Both the position numbers and the translations under genes were made by a program. Shown piece after piece: positions 20,091-29,148 of a stretch of DNA of 64,000 nucleotides. The stretch comes from Alphaproteobacteria bacterium (lineage in GTDB: Bacteria; Pseudomonadota; Alphaproteobacteria; SHVW01). The notes below the pieces were generated by a model that made no database searches, was not told where the DNA came from, and worked only from the letters and a program-made list of their open reading frames with translations. The stretch spans positions 15,479-79,478 of the forward strand of contig VGDO01000002.1 of assembly GCA_016869645.1 (NCBI GenBank), written 5' to 3'. Every line of letters begins with the position of its first letter. Within the stretch, counting starts at the first letter, position 1.

Positions 20091-21116
20091 ATGAAATTCG
20101 GCATCGGCATTCCGGTCGCGCACCAGGGCGAATATTGTCCGACACCCTTCGCCGGTCCGAATGAACTCGTGACCATCGTGCAGACCGCAGAGCGCCTGGG
20201 ATTCCATTCCGCCTGGGGGCTCGACTTCATGACGCCGCGCCACGATCCCGAGGCCGTGCGCGGCAGCTTGCCGGAGTGGTACGAGGTCTTGACGGCGCTG
20301 ACCTATCTGGCGGGCAAAACCAGCCGGATCCGGCTCGGCACGGGCGCTCTCCAGGTTCCGCTGCGCGACCCATTCCTCTTGGCGCGTCAGGCGGCGACGC
20401 TCGATGTGTTGAGCGGCGGGCGCTTCATGCTAGGCGTTGGGCTCGGCACCTACCGGGTCGAGTTCGAGCGCATTCGCGCGCGCGACAAGGGCGTTCATCG
20501 CGGCCAGCTTTTTGTCGAGAGCCTCGAGGCCCTGCACCGCTTCTTCAGCGAAGACATCGTCACTTTCACCGGCAAGCACTACAGCTGCAGGGATCTGTGC
20601 ATGGTGCCGAAGCCGGTGCAGCAGCCGTTTCCACTCTACATCACCGGCACGACCGACGACGTGACGAACCGCATCGCCGCTTGGGGCTCGGGCTGGCTTT
20701 TGTCGCGCGCGCAGAGCCGCAAGCTCGACGAGCGATTGGAGCAGCTCGACCGCTCGCTGGCCGCGGTCGGCCGCCGGCGCTCCGCGATCGATCTCGTGGT
20801 CAGCAAGGGATTGAGCCTGGGCAGGAGCCGCGAAGAGGCGCTCGAGCGCTTTTACCACAGCATCCTGCCGACGCGCATGGACAGCATGGCGACCGCGCTC
20901 AATGTCGGCGGCAAGCCGTCGGAAGATCTGGCCATGGTATTCGAGCAGAATCTGATCGGCACGCCCGACGACGTGATCGAGCAGTTCGCAGCGGTGCGCG
21001 CCAAGTCGATCGACCACTGCATCCTCTACTATTTCCCGGCGCCCGATGTGCGCGAGCTGCTCGATCAGGTGCAGTGGTTCGGCGAGGCGGTGATGCCGGC
21101 TTTCGCCGGCCGCTAG
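20091..21116 (+). CDS. LLM class flavin/F420-dependent oxidoreductase
   Basis: MKFGI, AERLGFHSAW, TSRIRLGT, RDPFLLARQAATLDVLSGGRFMLGVG, PKPVQQP. Confidence 0.85.
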   Translation: MKFGIGIPVAHQGEYCPTPFAGPNELVTIVQTAERLGFHSAWGLDFMTPRHDPEAVRGSLPEWYEVLTALTYLAGKTSRIRLGTGALQVPLRDPFLLARQAATLDVLSGGRFMLGVGLGTYRVEFERIRARDKGVHRGQLFVESLEALHRFFSEDIVTFTGKHYSCRDLCMVPKPVQQPFPLYITGTTDDVTNRIAAWGSGWLLSRAQSRKLDERLEQLDRSLAAVGRRRSAIDLVVSKGLSLGRSREEALERFYHSILPTRMDSMATALNVGGKPSEDLAMVFEQNLIGTPDDVIEQFAAVRAKSIDHCILYYFPAPDVRELLDQVQWFGEAVMPAFAGR

Positions 21117-21131
21117 CCGTGGTCCGCGCCG

Positions 21132-22430
21132 TCACATGCGCGACGGCAGCCAGATCGCCAGGATCGGAAACGCGATCAGGATCGCGAGGCGCAGGATATC
21201 CGTGACGATGAATGGAATGACGCCGTAGAAAATGGTCGAGATCCTGATGTCTTTGACCACGCTGCGGATGACGAAGACGTTCATGCCGACCGGCGGATGG
21301 ATCAGGCCGAGCTCGACCGTCATGACGATGACGACGCCGAACCAGATCGGGTCGAAGCCGAGCTCCTTGATGACCGGGAAGATGATCGGCACGGTCAGGA
21401 TGACCATGGCCATGGCATCCATCAGGCAGCCGAGCACCAGGTACATGATCATGATCAGGACGAGCACCCCATAGGGTCCGAGGCCGAGGCCGGTCAGGAA
21501 CGCAGTGACCTTCTGCGGCGTCTGGGTGATGGTGAGGAAATAGCCGAACAGCAAGGCGCCGATCAGGATGGTGAACACCGATGCCGTGGTGCGCACCGTC
21601 TCGATGCAGGCTTGCCAGAACTCCGCGCCGCTCAGGCGGCGGCGCAGCACGGCGATGATGAAGGCGCCGCCGGCTCCGGCGCCTGCCGCTTCGGTCGCCG
21701 TGAACAACCCGCCGTAGAGGCCGCCTATGATGAAGACGAACAGCAGAATGACGGCCCAGATCCCTTTGGATGCGGCAATGCGCTCGCGCCATGAGCTGCG
21801 CTCGCCCGCCGGCATGAGGTCGGGCCGGGCCATGCCGATGATGTTGATCGTGACGATGTACATGCCGACCGCCACGAGTCCGGGAATGATGCCGGCGATG
21901 AACAGCTTGCCGATGTCCTGCTCCGTGATCAGCCCGTAGACCGCCAGCACGGTCGAAGGCGGGATCATGATGCCCAAGGTGCCGCCGGCGGCGATCACCC
22001 CGGCGGCAAAACTCTGGGAGTAGTTGAACCGCCGCATCTCCGGATAGGCGACCGAGGCAAAGGTTGCCGCCGTGGCGACCGACGAGCCGCAGATCGCCGC
22101 GAAGGCGCCGCAGGCCGCGATCGTCGCGATGCCCAGGCCGCCACGCAGATGGCCGAGGAAGGCATTGGCCGCACGGAACAGCTCGCGGCTCATGCCCGAG
22201 GTCGATGCGAGCGCGCCCATCAGCAGGAACAGCGGAATGACCGCGAACTCACCCGAGGTCACCGTGCGGATCGGCGATTGGGCGAGCAGCTTGAGTGCGG
22301 GACCGATGTCAGTCAGGTAGGCGAAGCCGGCGACGCCGACCAGGCCCATGGCGATGCCCACGGGCACACGCAACAGCATCAGGACGAACAAAACGATGAA
22401 ACCGACGACCGCAACCGCGTCGGTGCTCAT
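21132..22430 (-). CDS. dctM: TRAP transporter large permease
   Basis: IPLFLLMG, CGSSVATA, GGTLGIMIPPS, GLIHPPVGMN. Confidence 0.92.
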   Translation of the reverse strand: MSTDAVAVVGFIVLFVLMLLRVPVGIAMGLVGVAGFAYLTDIGPALKLLAQSPIRTVTSGEFAVIPLFLLMGALASTSGMSRELFRAANAFLGHLRGGLGIATIAACGAFAAICGSSVATAATFASVAYPEMRRFNYSQSFAAGVIAAGGTLGIMIPPSTVLAVYGLITEQDIGKLFIAGIIPGLVAVGMYIVTINIIGMARPDLMPAGERSSWRERIAASKGIWAVILLFVFIIGGLYGGLFTATEAAGAGAGGAFIIAVLRRRLSGAEFWQACIETVRTTASVFTILIGALLFGYFLTITQTPQKVTAFLTGLGLGPYGVLVLIMIMYLVLGCLMDAMAMVILTVPIIFPVIKELGFDPIWFGVVIVMTVELGLIHPPVGMNVFVIRSVVKDIRISTIFYGVIPFIVTDILRLAILIAFPILAIWLPSRM

Positions 22431-22436
22431 GACGAT

Positions 22437-22940
22437 CTACCGGCTATCCGCGGAAGGCTGCATCTGCGTGCGCACCAGGCGGAGGCCGACCAGGATGACG
22501 GTGGCGGCGAGGCCGATCCAGGCGACGAAATAGAAGATCCAGACCGGCATGCGCAAATCGAAGGTCCTGACGTTGTCGTTGAGCGTGCTCGTGACCTTGG
22601 TGCCGACCATCCAGGCAAGCGTCGCGAGGCATATGAGCGTGAGCACGCCGGCAAAGAGGTCGAGAGCACGCTTGATCCGTGGCGGAGCGACGCTCCAGAC
22701 CAGGTCGACGGTGATGTGCTCGCCGCGATAGCTCGTCGCGGCGATGCCCCAGAAGATCAGGATTCCGAGCAGCAGGCTGCACACATCGTAGGCGTCCGGG
22801 ATCGAGCGCGCGAACAGGTAGCGCAGGAAGACCGAAACGAACGTGATCGCCGCGACAGCCGCGAGGAATGCCGCCGCCGTCAGCTCGAAGGCACGCATCA
22901 CGCGGTCCATCCGGCTGAACCCCTCAGTTTGCGGATCCAA
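22437..22940 (-). CDS. dctQ: TRAP transporter small permease
   Basis: Four TM helices, HITVDL motif, position between dctP and dctM; start may be ATG 22910. Confidence 0.88.
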   Translation of the reverse strand: MDPQTEGFSRMDRVMRAFELTAAAFLAAVAAITFVSVFLRYLFARSIPDAYDVCSLLLGILIFWGIAATSYRGEHITVDLVWSVAPPRIKRALDLFAGVLTLICLATLAWMVGTKVTSTLNDNVRTFDLRMPVWIFYFVAWIGLAATVILVGLRLVRTQMQPSADSR

Positions 22941-22964
22941 CGATTGGCCCGAAGGAGGACGGCC

Positions 22965-23993
22965 CTAGTAGGCCGCGTTGTACTTGGCGATGCTGTCCTT
23001 GAACTCCTTCATCGCGACGACCGGATCGGCGCCGGCCTTGCGCACACCATCCGCCCACGCCGCCTCGAGCGGCTCGGCCGCCTTGCGCCACAGCGCGAGC
23101 TGCTGCGGCGTGATGCTGTAGACCTCGTGTCCGGCCATGGCGCGGATCTTGGCGCGCCCGCTGTCCTCGAAGTCTGCCCAGGGTCCGGTGATCTTGAGCA
23201 CCCAGTCATTGGTGCAGTGGCTGTCGATCGCGGACTTCTGCTTGGCCGACATGCCGTCATACCGCGGCTTGTTCATGATCCATGCGAAGGTCGAGACGTA
23301 GAGCGGCGCGTCGAGGTGGTATTTGACGACCTTGTCGATGCCGAACAGCGGAATCGAGCCCCATGGGAAGGTCACCGCGTCGGCAACGCCCTTCTCGAGA
23401 ATGTCGCGCACCTCCGGCGCTCCGGCCTGGACGTTGGTGCCGCCCAGCATGGTGACGAAGCTCGCCATCGTCGCCTGAGCGGGCCGGATCTTCATGCCCT
23501 TGATGTCCTCGGGCACCGACACCTTCTTGTTCCGCGAATGGATGGCGCCGGGGTCATGCACGAAGCCGAGGCAGAATTTCACGTCCTTCATTTCGGCTGC
23601 GGCGTATTTCCGATACCACGCGTCGAGCGCCTGCGATCCGCCCTTGCCGTCCTTCATGATGAAGGGTAGCTCGCCGGCGGCGATGATCGGAAAGCGGCCG
23701 GGCTGATAGCCGGGATTGATGTAGGTGAAGTCGGCGATGCCGTCGCGCGCCATGTCGTAGTGGTCGAAGGCTTTGCCGAGCTGCTGCGCGGGGAACATGG
23801 CGAAGGTGATCGAGCCGCCTGAAGCCTGCTGCAGCGATTTGCCCCACGCCTCGAAGGCGGGATGCAGCGGATGGGACGGCGGCAGCCAGTGCGCCAGCTT
23901 GAGCTGCACCGGCTTGTCCTGGGCCTGCGCCGTAACCGGCAGCAAGATCGCCAGGGTCGCGGCCAGCCTGATGGCCAACGAACGGATTCTCAT
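22965..23993 (-). CDS. dctP: TRAP transporter substrate-binding protein (TarP-like, aromatic acids)
   Basis: Signal peptide; FPAQQLGKAFDHYDMARDGIAD, PGYQPGRFP, GMKIRP; divergent from fcs. Confidence 0.88.
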   Translation of the reverse strand: MRIRSLAIRLAATLAILLPVTAQAQDKPVQLKLAHWLPPSHPLHPAFEAWGKSLQQASGGSITFAMFPAQQLGKAFDHYDMARDGIADFTYINPGYQPGRFPIIAAGELPFIMKDGKGGSQALDAWYRKYAAAEMKDVKFCLGFVHDPGAIHSRNKKVSVPEDIKGMKIRPAQATMASFVTMLGGTNVQAGAPEVRDILEKGVADAVTFPWGSIPLFGIDKVVKYHLDAPLYVSTFAWIMNKPRYDGMSAKQKSAIDSHCTNDWVLKITGPWADFEDSGRAKIRAMAGHEVYSITPQQLALWRKAAEPLEAAWADGVRKAGADPVVAMKEFKDSIAKYNAAY

Positions 23994-24036
23994 CTCTGCC
24001 TCCCGTGTGCAGAACGTACCGGCCTTTGCGGCCTAG

Positions 24037-24059
24037 AATAGTTGGTGTATCCAACAATT
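24037..24059. promoter_or_regulatory. Palindromic operator between dctP and fcs (MarR-like)
   Basis: aatagttgg-tgtat-ccaacaatt with a perfect GTTGG-N5-CCAAC core and AT-rich flanks in the divergent intergenic region. Confidence 0.55.
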
Positions 24060-24131
24060 TACAGACGGGGACCTGATGTCGCAAGGTCCGCCATGAGCGG
24101 GGCTGCCAGCAAAGGGAGGCGCGCCGACCCC

Positions 24132-26000
24132 ATGTCAGTCCGCATCCGCCCGGTCGCACTGGGTCCATCGGACGTCGTCCTCGAGCGGCGCGCCGAGGGC
24201 ACCATCTATGCCCGCTCGCCGCATCCGCTGGCGGCCTATCCCCGGGCCATGACCGGTCTGCTGAGCCATTGGGCTGCTGCGACGCCGGATCGGGTTTTTC
24301 TCGCCGAGCGGAACCGCCATGGCCGATGGAACACGGTCACGTATCGCGAGGCACTCGCGTCAGTCCGCGCGATTGCCGCTCACCTGCTGCGGCGCGGGCT
24401 GTCGCGCGACCGCCCGCTCGCCATGCTGTCGGGCAACGACCTCAACCAGGGGCTGCTCAGCCTGGCCGCTCAATATGTCGGCGTTCCCATCGTGCCGATC
24501 TCACCCGCCTATTCGCTGCTCGACCGCGAATTCGGCAAGCTTCGACACATCATCGCGCTGGTGACGCCGGGGCTGGTCTACGCATCCTCCGGTACAGCCT
24601 TCGGGCCCGCCATCGCTGCGACCGTGCCTGCGGATGCGGAGCTGGTCGTCGGCGAGGATCCGCCGGCGAGCCGCGTCGCGACTCGCTTTGCGTCGCTGAC
24701 GAACGACGGAACGGATCCGGCGGTCGAGGCCGCGCACGCCGCCGTGGGACCGGAAACGGTTGCCAAGATCCTGTTCACCTCGGGTTCGACCGGTGTGCCC
24801 AAGGGCGTGATCAACACGCAGCGCATGCTGTGCGCGAACCAGGCGATGATCCGGGCTGCCATCCCGTTCCTCGCCGAGGAGCCTCCCGTCCTCGTGGACT
24901 GGCTGCCCTGGAGCCACACCTTCGGCGCCAACCACAATTTCGGCATCGCGCTCTTTAATGGCGGCACGCTCTACATCGACGACGGACGGCCGCTGCCCGG
25001 GCAGATCGAGGCGACTGTCAGGAACCTCAAGGACATCGCGCCGAACATCTATCTGAACGTGCCGCGCGGCTACGACGCACTCGTACCCTTCCTGCGCGAC
25101 GACCGCGAGCTCGCGCGAAACTTTTTCAGCCGTCTCAAGTTGCTGTTCTACGCCGGCGCCAGCCTGCCGCAGCGGATCTGGGATGCGCTGCGCGAGATCT
25201 CGCTGTCAACCGTCGGCGAGCGCGTGCGCATGACGACCTGCCTCGGCTCGACCGAGACGGCGCCGGCGGCGCTGTTCGCCACGCAAGAATTCGAGCGCGC
25301 CGGCTATATCGGCGTGCCCATGCAGGGCGTGGAGCTCAAGCTGGTGCCAATTGGCGGCACGGTCGGCGGCGGCAAACTCGAAGCGCGCCTGAAAGGGCCG
25401 AACATCACGCCCGGCTATTGGAAGCGCGCCGATCTCACGCGCGAGGCATTCGACGAGGAGGGCTTCTATCGGCTCGGCGACGCGCTCCGGTTCATGGACG
25501 AGAATGACGCGAACAAGGGCTTCATCTTCGACGGGCGGCTCGCCGAGGATTTCAAGCTTGCGACTGGGACCTGGGTCAATGTCGGGCCGTTGCGCACCGA
25601 TTTCGTCAGCCGCGGCGTGCCGCTCATCCGCGATGCCGTGATCGCGGGCCACGACCGCGACTATCTCGCGGTCCTGCTCGTGCCCAACCTCGCCGCCTGC
25701 CGGATAGTTTGCGCCGACCTCGCCGCGGACGCGCCGCCGGCTGAGGTTTATGCACATCCGCGCCTGCGCGAGCGTCTTGCCGCATTGCTCGATGCGCATG
25801 GGCAGGCCGCAACCGGCAGCTCCAACCGCATCCTGCGCGCTCTCGTCGTCGAAGCGAATTTGTCGATGGAGCTGGGCGAGCTGACCGACAAGGGGTCGAT
25901 CAATCCGGGCGCCGTGCTGCACCATCGCGCCGATCTCGTGGCCGAGCTCTATGCCGACCCGCCTGGGCCAAGGGTCATCACGGCGGGCGGCCCGGTCTGA
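24132..26000 (+). CDS. fcs: Feruloyl-CoA synthetase (acyl-CoA synthetase family)
   Basis: FTSGSTGVPKG AMP-binding motif, DWLPWSHTFG, GSTETAP, DGRLAEDFKLATGTWV, ELTDKGSIN. Confidence 0.85.
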   Translation: MSVRIRPVALGPSDVVLERRAEGTIYARSPHPLAAYPRAMTGLLSHWAAATPDRVFLAERNRHGRWNTVTYREALASVRAIAAHLLRRGLSRDRPLAMLSGNDLNQGLLSLAAQYVGVPIVPISPAYSLLDREFGKLRHIIALVTPGLVYASSGTAFGPAIAATVPADAELVVGEDPPASRVATRFASLTNDGTDPAVEAAHAAVGPETVAKILFTSGSTGVPKGVINTQRMLCANQAMIRAAIPFLAEEPPVLVDWLPWSHTFGANHNFGIALFNGGTLYIDDGRPLPGQIEATVRNLKDIAPNIYLNVPRGYDALVPFLRDDRELARNFFSRLKLLFYAGASLPQRIWDALREISLSTVGERVRMTTCLGSTETAPAALFATQEFERAGYIGVPMQGVELKLVPIGGTVGGGKLEARLKGPNITPGYWKRADLTREAFDEEGFYRLGDALRFMDENDANKGFIFDGRLAEDFKLATGTWVNVGPLRTDFVSRGVPLIRDAVIAGHDRDYLAVLLVPNLAACRIVCADLAADAPPAEVYAHPRLRERLAALLDAHGQAATGSSNRILRALVVEANLSMELGELTDKGSINPGAVLHHRADLVAELYADPPGPRVITAGGPV

Positions 26001-26101
26001 CAGCAGCGCGCTTGCCGTGGCGCCGGCCCGGGGGCAAGATTGCTCATCGGCCTGGGCGATGATGTGCGCCAGGCCGTAACAAGAATCCCGGGAGCTTCAC
26101 G

Positions 26102-27694
26102 ATGAAACACACCTCGACGACCTTCCTCAAGACGACGCTGGTCGCGGCTTCATTGCTGATCGCGGCGGCCACGGCATCGGCGCAATCCGTGATCAAGATC
26201 GTGCCGCAAGCCGATCTGCGCAACATCGACCCGATTTGGACGACTGCGGCGATCACCCAGAACCACGGCTACATGATCTACGACACGCTGTTCGCGCTGA
26301 ACAGCAAGATGGAGCCGAAGCCGCAGATGGTCGACACTTTCACGTCGACGCCCGACGGCATGTCCTGGAGCTTCAAGCTGCGCGCCGGCATGAAATGGCA
26401 CGACGGCACGCCGGTCACGGCCAAGGACGTCGTCGCCTCGCTCACGCGCTGGAGCAAGCACACCTCGCGCGGCGGCTATCCCATGATGCAGCGCGCCCAG
26501 TCGCTGACCGCCAAGGACGAGCTCACGTTCGAGCTGGTTTTCAAGGAGAAGTTCGGACCCGTGCTGGAGATGCTGGCCGAGCCGTCGCTGCCGCCCTTCA
26601 TCATGCGCGAGAAGGACGCGATGACGGATCCATTCCAGCAGGTTGCCGAGCCGATCGGCTCGGGCCCGTTCATCTTCGTCAAGGACGAGTGGGTCCCCGG
26701 CAGCAAGGTCGTCTACCGCAAGAATCCCGACTACAAGCCGCGCAGCGAGCCCTCGGACGGCTTCTCCGGCGGCAAGGTCGTGAAGGTGGACAAAGTCGAG
26801 TGGATCTACATTCCCGATACCAATACGGCGGTCCAGGCGCTGATCTCCGGTGAAGTCGACGCCATAGAGCAGCCGCCCTATGACCTGATGCCGCAGATGA
26901 AACGCGACCGCAACATCACGGTCCGCGTGCTCGATCCGTTGGGCAAGATGGGCCATGTCCGGCCCAACCATCTGCATCCGCCGTTCAACAATCTGAAGGC
27001 GCGCCAGGCGCTCCAACTCGTCGTCGACCAGAAGGACTTCCTGGCCGCCATGGTCGGCAACAAGGAGTTCGAGAAGGAGTGCTACGCGGTCTTCATGTGC
27101 GGCTCGCCGCTCGAGAGCAACAAGTTCGGGGAGGAGTACCGCAAGGCAAACGCCGAGAAGGCGAAGCAGCTCTTCAAAGAGGCCGGCTACAACGGCGAGA
27201 AGATCGTCATCATGCAGCCGACCGATCAGCAGCTGATCGGCACGATCGCGCTCGTCATCGCGCAGAAGCTGACCGAGGCCGGCGTCAACGTCGACCTGCA
27301 GGCCATGGACTGGAGCACGCTGACGACGCGGCGGACCAAGCAGGATGCGCCTGGACCGAACTCGCCGGGCTGGCACATCTTCACCACGTGGTGGACGGGC
27401 ATCCCCATGTCGAACCCGATCACCAACGCGCCGCTGGTGACGACCTGCGACAAGAAAAACTGGTTCGGCTGGCCGTGCGACGAGGAGATGGAAAAACTGC
27501 GCGCCGACTACGTGAAGGCGGGTCCGATCGCCGAGCAGAAGGCGGCGGCCGAAGCGCTGCAGAAGCGTTTCTACGAGACCATTCCCTACGTCAACACCGG
27601 ACAGTTCACCGCTCCGGTCGCCTATCGCAACACGCTCAAAGGCGTTCCTGACGCGTTGCTGCTGGTGGCGTGGAACATCGAGAAGTCCAGATAA
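26102..27694 (+). CDS. ABC transporter substrate-binding protein, family 5
   Basis: Signal peptide; DPIWTTA, MIYDTLF, KWHDGTPVTAKDVVASL, IGSGPF. Confidence 0.9.
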   Translation: MKHTSTTFLKTTLVAASLLIAAATASAQSVIKIVPQADLRNIDPIWTTAAITQNHGYMIYDTLFALNSKMEPKPQMVDTFTSTPDGMSWSFKLRAGMKWHDGTPVTAKDVVASLTRWSKHTSRGGYPMMQRAQSLTAKDELTFELVFKEKFGPVLEMLAEPSLPPFIMREKDAMTDPFQQVAEPIGSGPFIFVKDEWVPGSKVVYRKNPDYKPRSEPSDGFSGGKVVKVDKVEWIYIPDTNTAVQALISGEVDAIEQPPYDLMPQMKRDRNITVRVLDPLGKMGHVRPNHLHPPFNNLKARQALQLVVDQKDFLAAMVGNKEFEKECYAVFMCGSPLESNKFGEEYRKANAEKAKQLFKEAGYNGEKIVIMQPTDQQLIGTIALVIAQKLTEAGVNVDLQAMDWSTLTTRRTKQDAPGPNSPGWHIFTTWWTGIPMSNPITNAPLVTTCDKKNWFGWPCDEEMEKLRADYVKAGPIAEQKAAAEALQKRFYETIPYVNTGQFTAPVAYRNTLKGVPDALLLVAWNIEKSR

Positions 27695-27703
27695 TCAAGG
27701 CGC

Positions 27704-27737
27704 CGCGGCGGGTCGGGCTCGAACCCGGCCCGCCGCG
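27704..27737 (+). terminator. 14-bp GC-rich stem-loop after the binding-protein gene
   Basis: cgcggcgggtcggg-ctcgaa-cccggcccgccgcg with one G-U pair; no U-tract. Confidence 0.55.
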
Positions 27738-27756
27738 ACAGTTGGGGGATCGAACC

Positions 27757-28329
27757 ATGGTTAAGGTCAGCGCGACGAGCTTCACCGAGGCGACCGCCCA
27801 GGACTGGGAGGTCGCCGTCGCCAATGGACGGCGCCACTACGTCGCCAATGCGGGGGTTGCTGCGCTCAATCTGCTGAAGAGCCAGAAGGACGAGCCGGGC
27901 CTGAGCTGGCAGGTCAACAATTACGAGCACTCGCTGTCCGCGGCGACCAAGGCTCTGCGCAACGGCGAGGACGAGGAGTATGTGGTCGCGGTGCTGCTGC
28001 ACGATCTGGCCCAGGATCTTGATCCCATGCGGCATGACCGCGTTGCCGGCACGCTGCTAAAGCCGTTCCTCAATTCGGCCAATCACTGGATGGTTGCCAA
28101 CCACCAGGTCTTCCAGCTCAGCTTTCGCGTGAACTCGAAGTTCGACACCAAGAAGGTCGAAACGTTCCGCGGTCACCCCTATTTCGAGCACACCATGCGG
28201 TTCTGCGATCTCTACGATCAGAGCTGCTTCGATCCAAGGGCCGAGCGCTTGCCGATCGAGACCTTCGAGCCGATGGTAAGGCGCATTTTCGGCCGCGTGC
28301 AGGAACAGCGCATGGGCTCGTATCCCTGA
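27757..28329 (+). CDS. HD-domain metalloenzyme (PhnZ-like ligand pattern)
   Basis: EHSL...LLHD...RHD...NHQ...YDQ provides H, HD, H, H, D ligands; GGGGGA RBS before ATG 27757. Confidence 0.8.
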   Translation: MVKVSATSFTEATAQDWEVAVANGRRHYVANAGVAALNLLKSQKDEPGLSWQVNNYEHSLSAATKALRNGEDEEYVVAVLLHDLAQDLDPMRHDRVAGTLLKPFLNSANHWMVANHQVFQLSFRVNSKFDTKKVETFRGHPYFEHTMRFCDLYDQSCFDPRAERLPIETFEPMVRRIFGRVQEQRMGSYP

Positions 28330-28363
28330 CGGGCGAGGGCTGAAGGGCCCGGTCTCCGGGTCG

Positions 28364-29026
28364 CTAGGATTTGTCGGCGCTGACTCGCTGGATCGTTTCG
28401 TCCATCCGGCGCTTCAGGCTTTCGAAGCCTTCACGCTGAATCACCGAGCCGAATTCCGACCGTTTGGTGACGATCAGGCTGACGCCGCCAACCGCGATGT
28501 CGACGATTTTTGGACTGTTGTCGCGGGTGAGCACGTGGAAATGGATCTTGGACGCCGCCTCTCCCGGCTTCTTGATTTCGCCGAGAACCAGCGTATCGCG
28601 TTCAGATTTCATCTCGCTGCCGGTGATCTCGAACATCTCGCCGTCATAGGTTGCAAACTGCGCGGCATAGATCGCCACGATGTATTTATTGAATGATTCG
28701 AGGTAGCTCGCGCGCTGATCCTCTTTCAATGCATCCCAGTGTCGCCCGAGCACGAAACGGCCAATCAGAGGTGCGTCGAACGAGTCGACGAAGAGCGCGA
28801 CGAACTGCTTATGCCGCGCTGCGCTGCTGTTGTCGCCTTCGCTCAGGATCGTGAGGACCCGGACGCCGACGTCCTCGACGAATTGCCGAGCCATGGTCGA
28901 CTGATCCGCGGCGCGCACAGCTGGTGCGGCGAGAATTCCGATGATCGCGCCGATCATGCCGACAAAGCGAAGTACGGCCGTCGCCTTGGCGAATTCGGCC
29001 AAAGGTGCGCAAAGTCCAATTGTCAT
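28364..29026 (-). CDS. mlaC: MlaC/Ttg2D family phospholipid-binding periplasmic protein
   Basis: FDAPLIGRFVLGRHW, KIVDIAVGGVSLIVTKRSEFGSVI; signal peptide; start uncertain. Confidence 0.8.
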   Translation of the reverse strand: MTIGLCAPLAEFAKATAVLRFVGMIGAIIGILAAPAVRAADQSTMARQFVEDVGVRVLTILSEGDNSSAARHKQFVALFVDSFDAPLIGRFVLGRHWDALKEDQRASYLESFNKYIVAIYAAQFATYDGEMFEITGSEMKSERDTLVLGEIKKPGEAASKIHFHVLTRDNSPKIVDIAVGGVSLIVTKRSEFGSVIQREGFESLKRRMDETIQRVSADKS

Positions 29027-29148
29027 TTTTGTCTCCTGGCCCCAGCCTCCGGCGTGCACCGCCGCGATGACCAACGAGCGAACCAGGAAACAATTCCCAC
29101 CCTGCCTGCAGGGCCAATTTTGCCGTCTCCGGCAATGCTGATGAGGCC

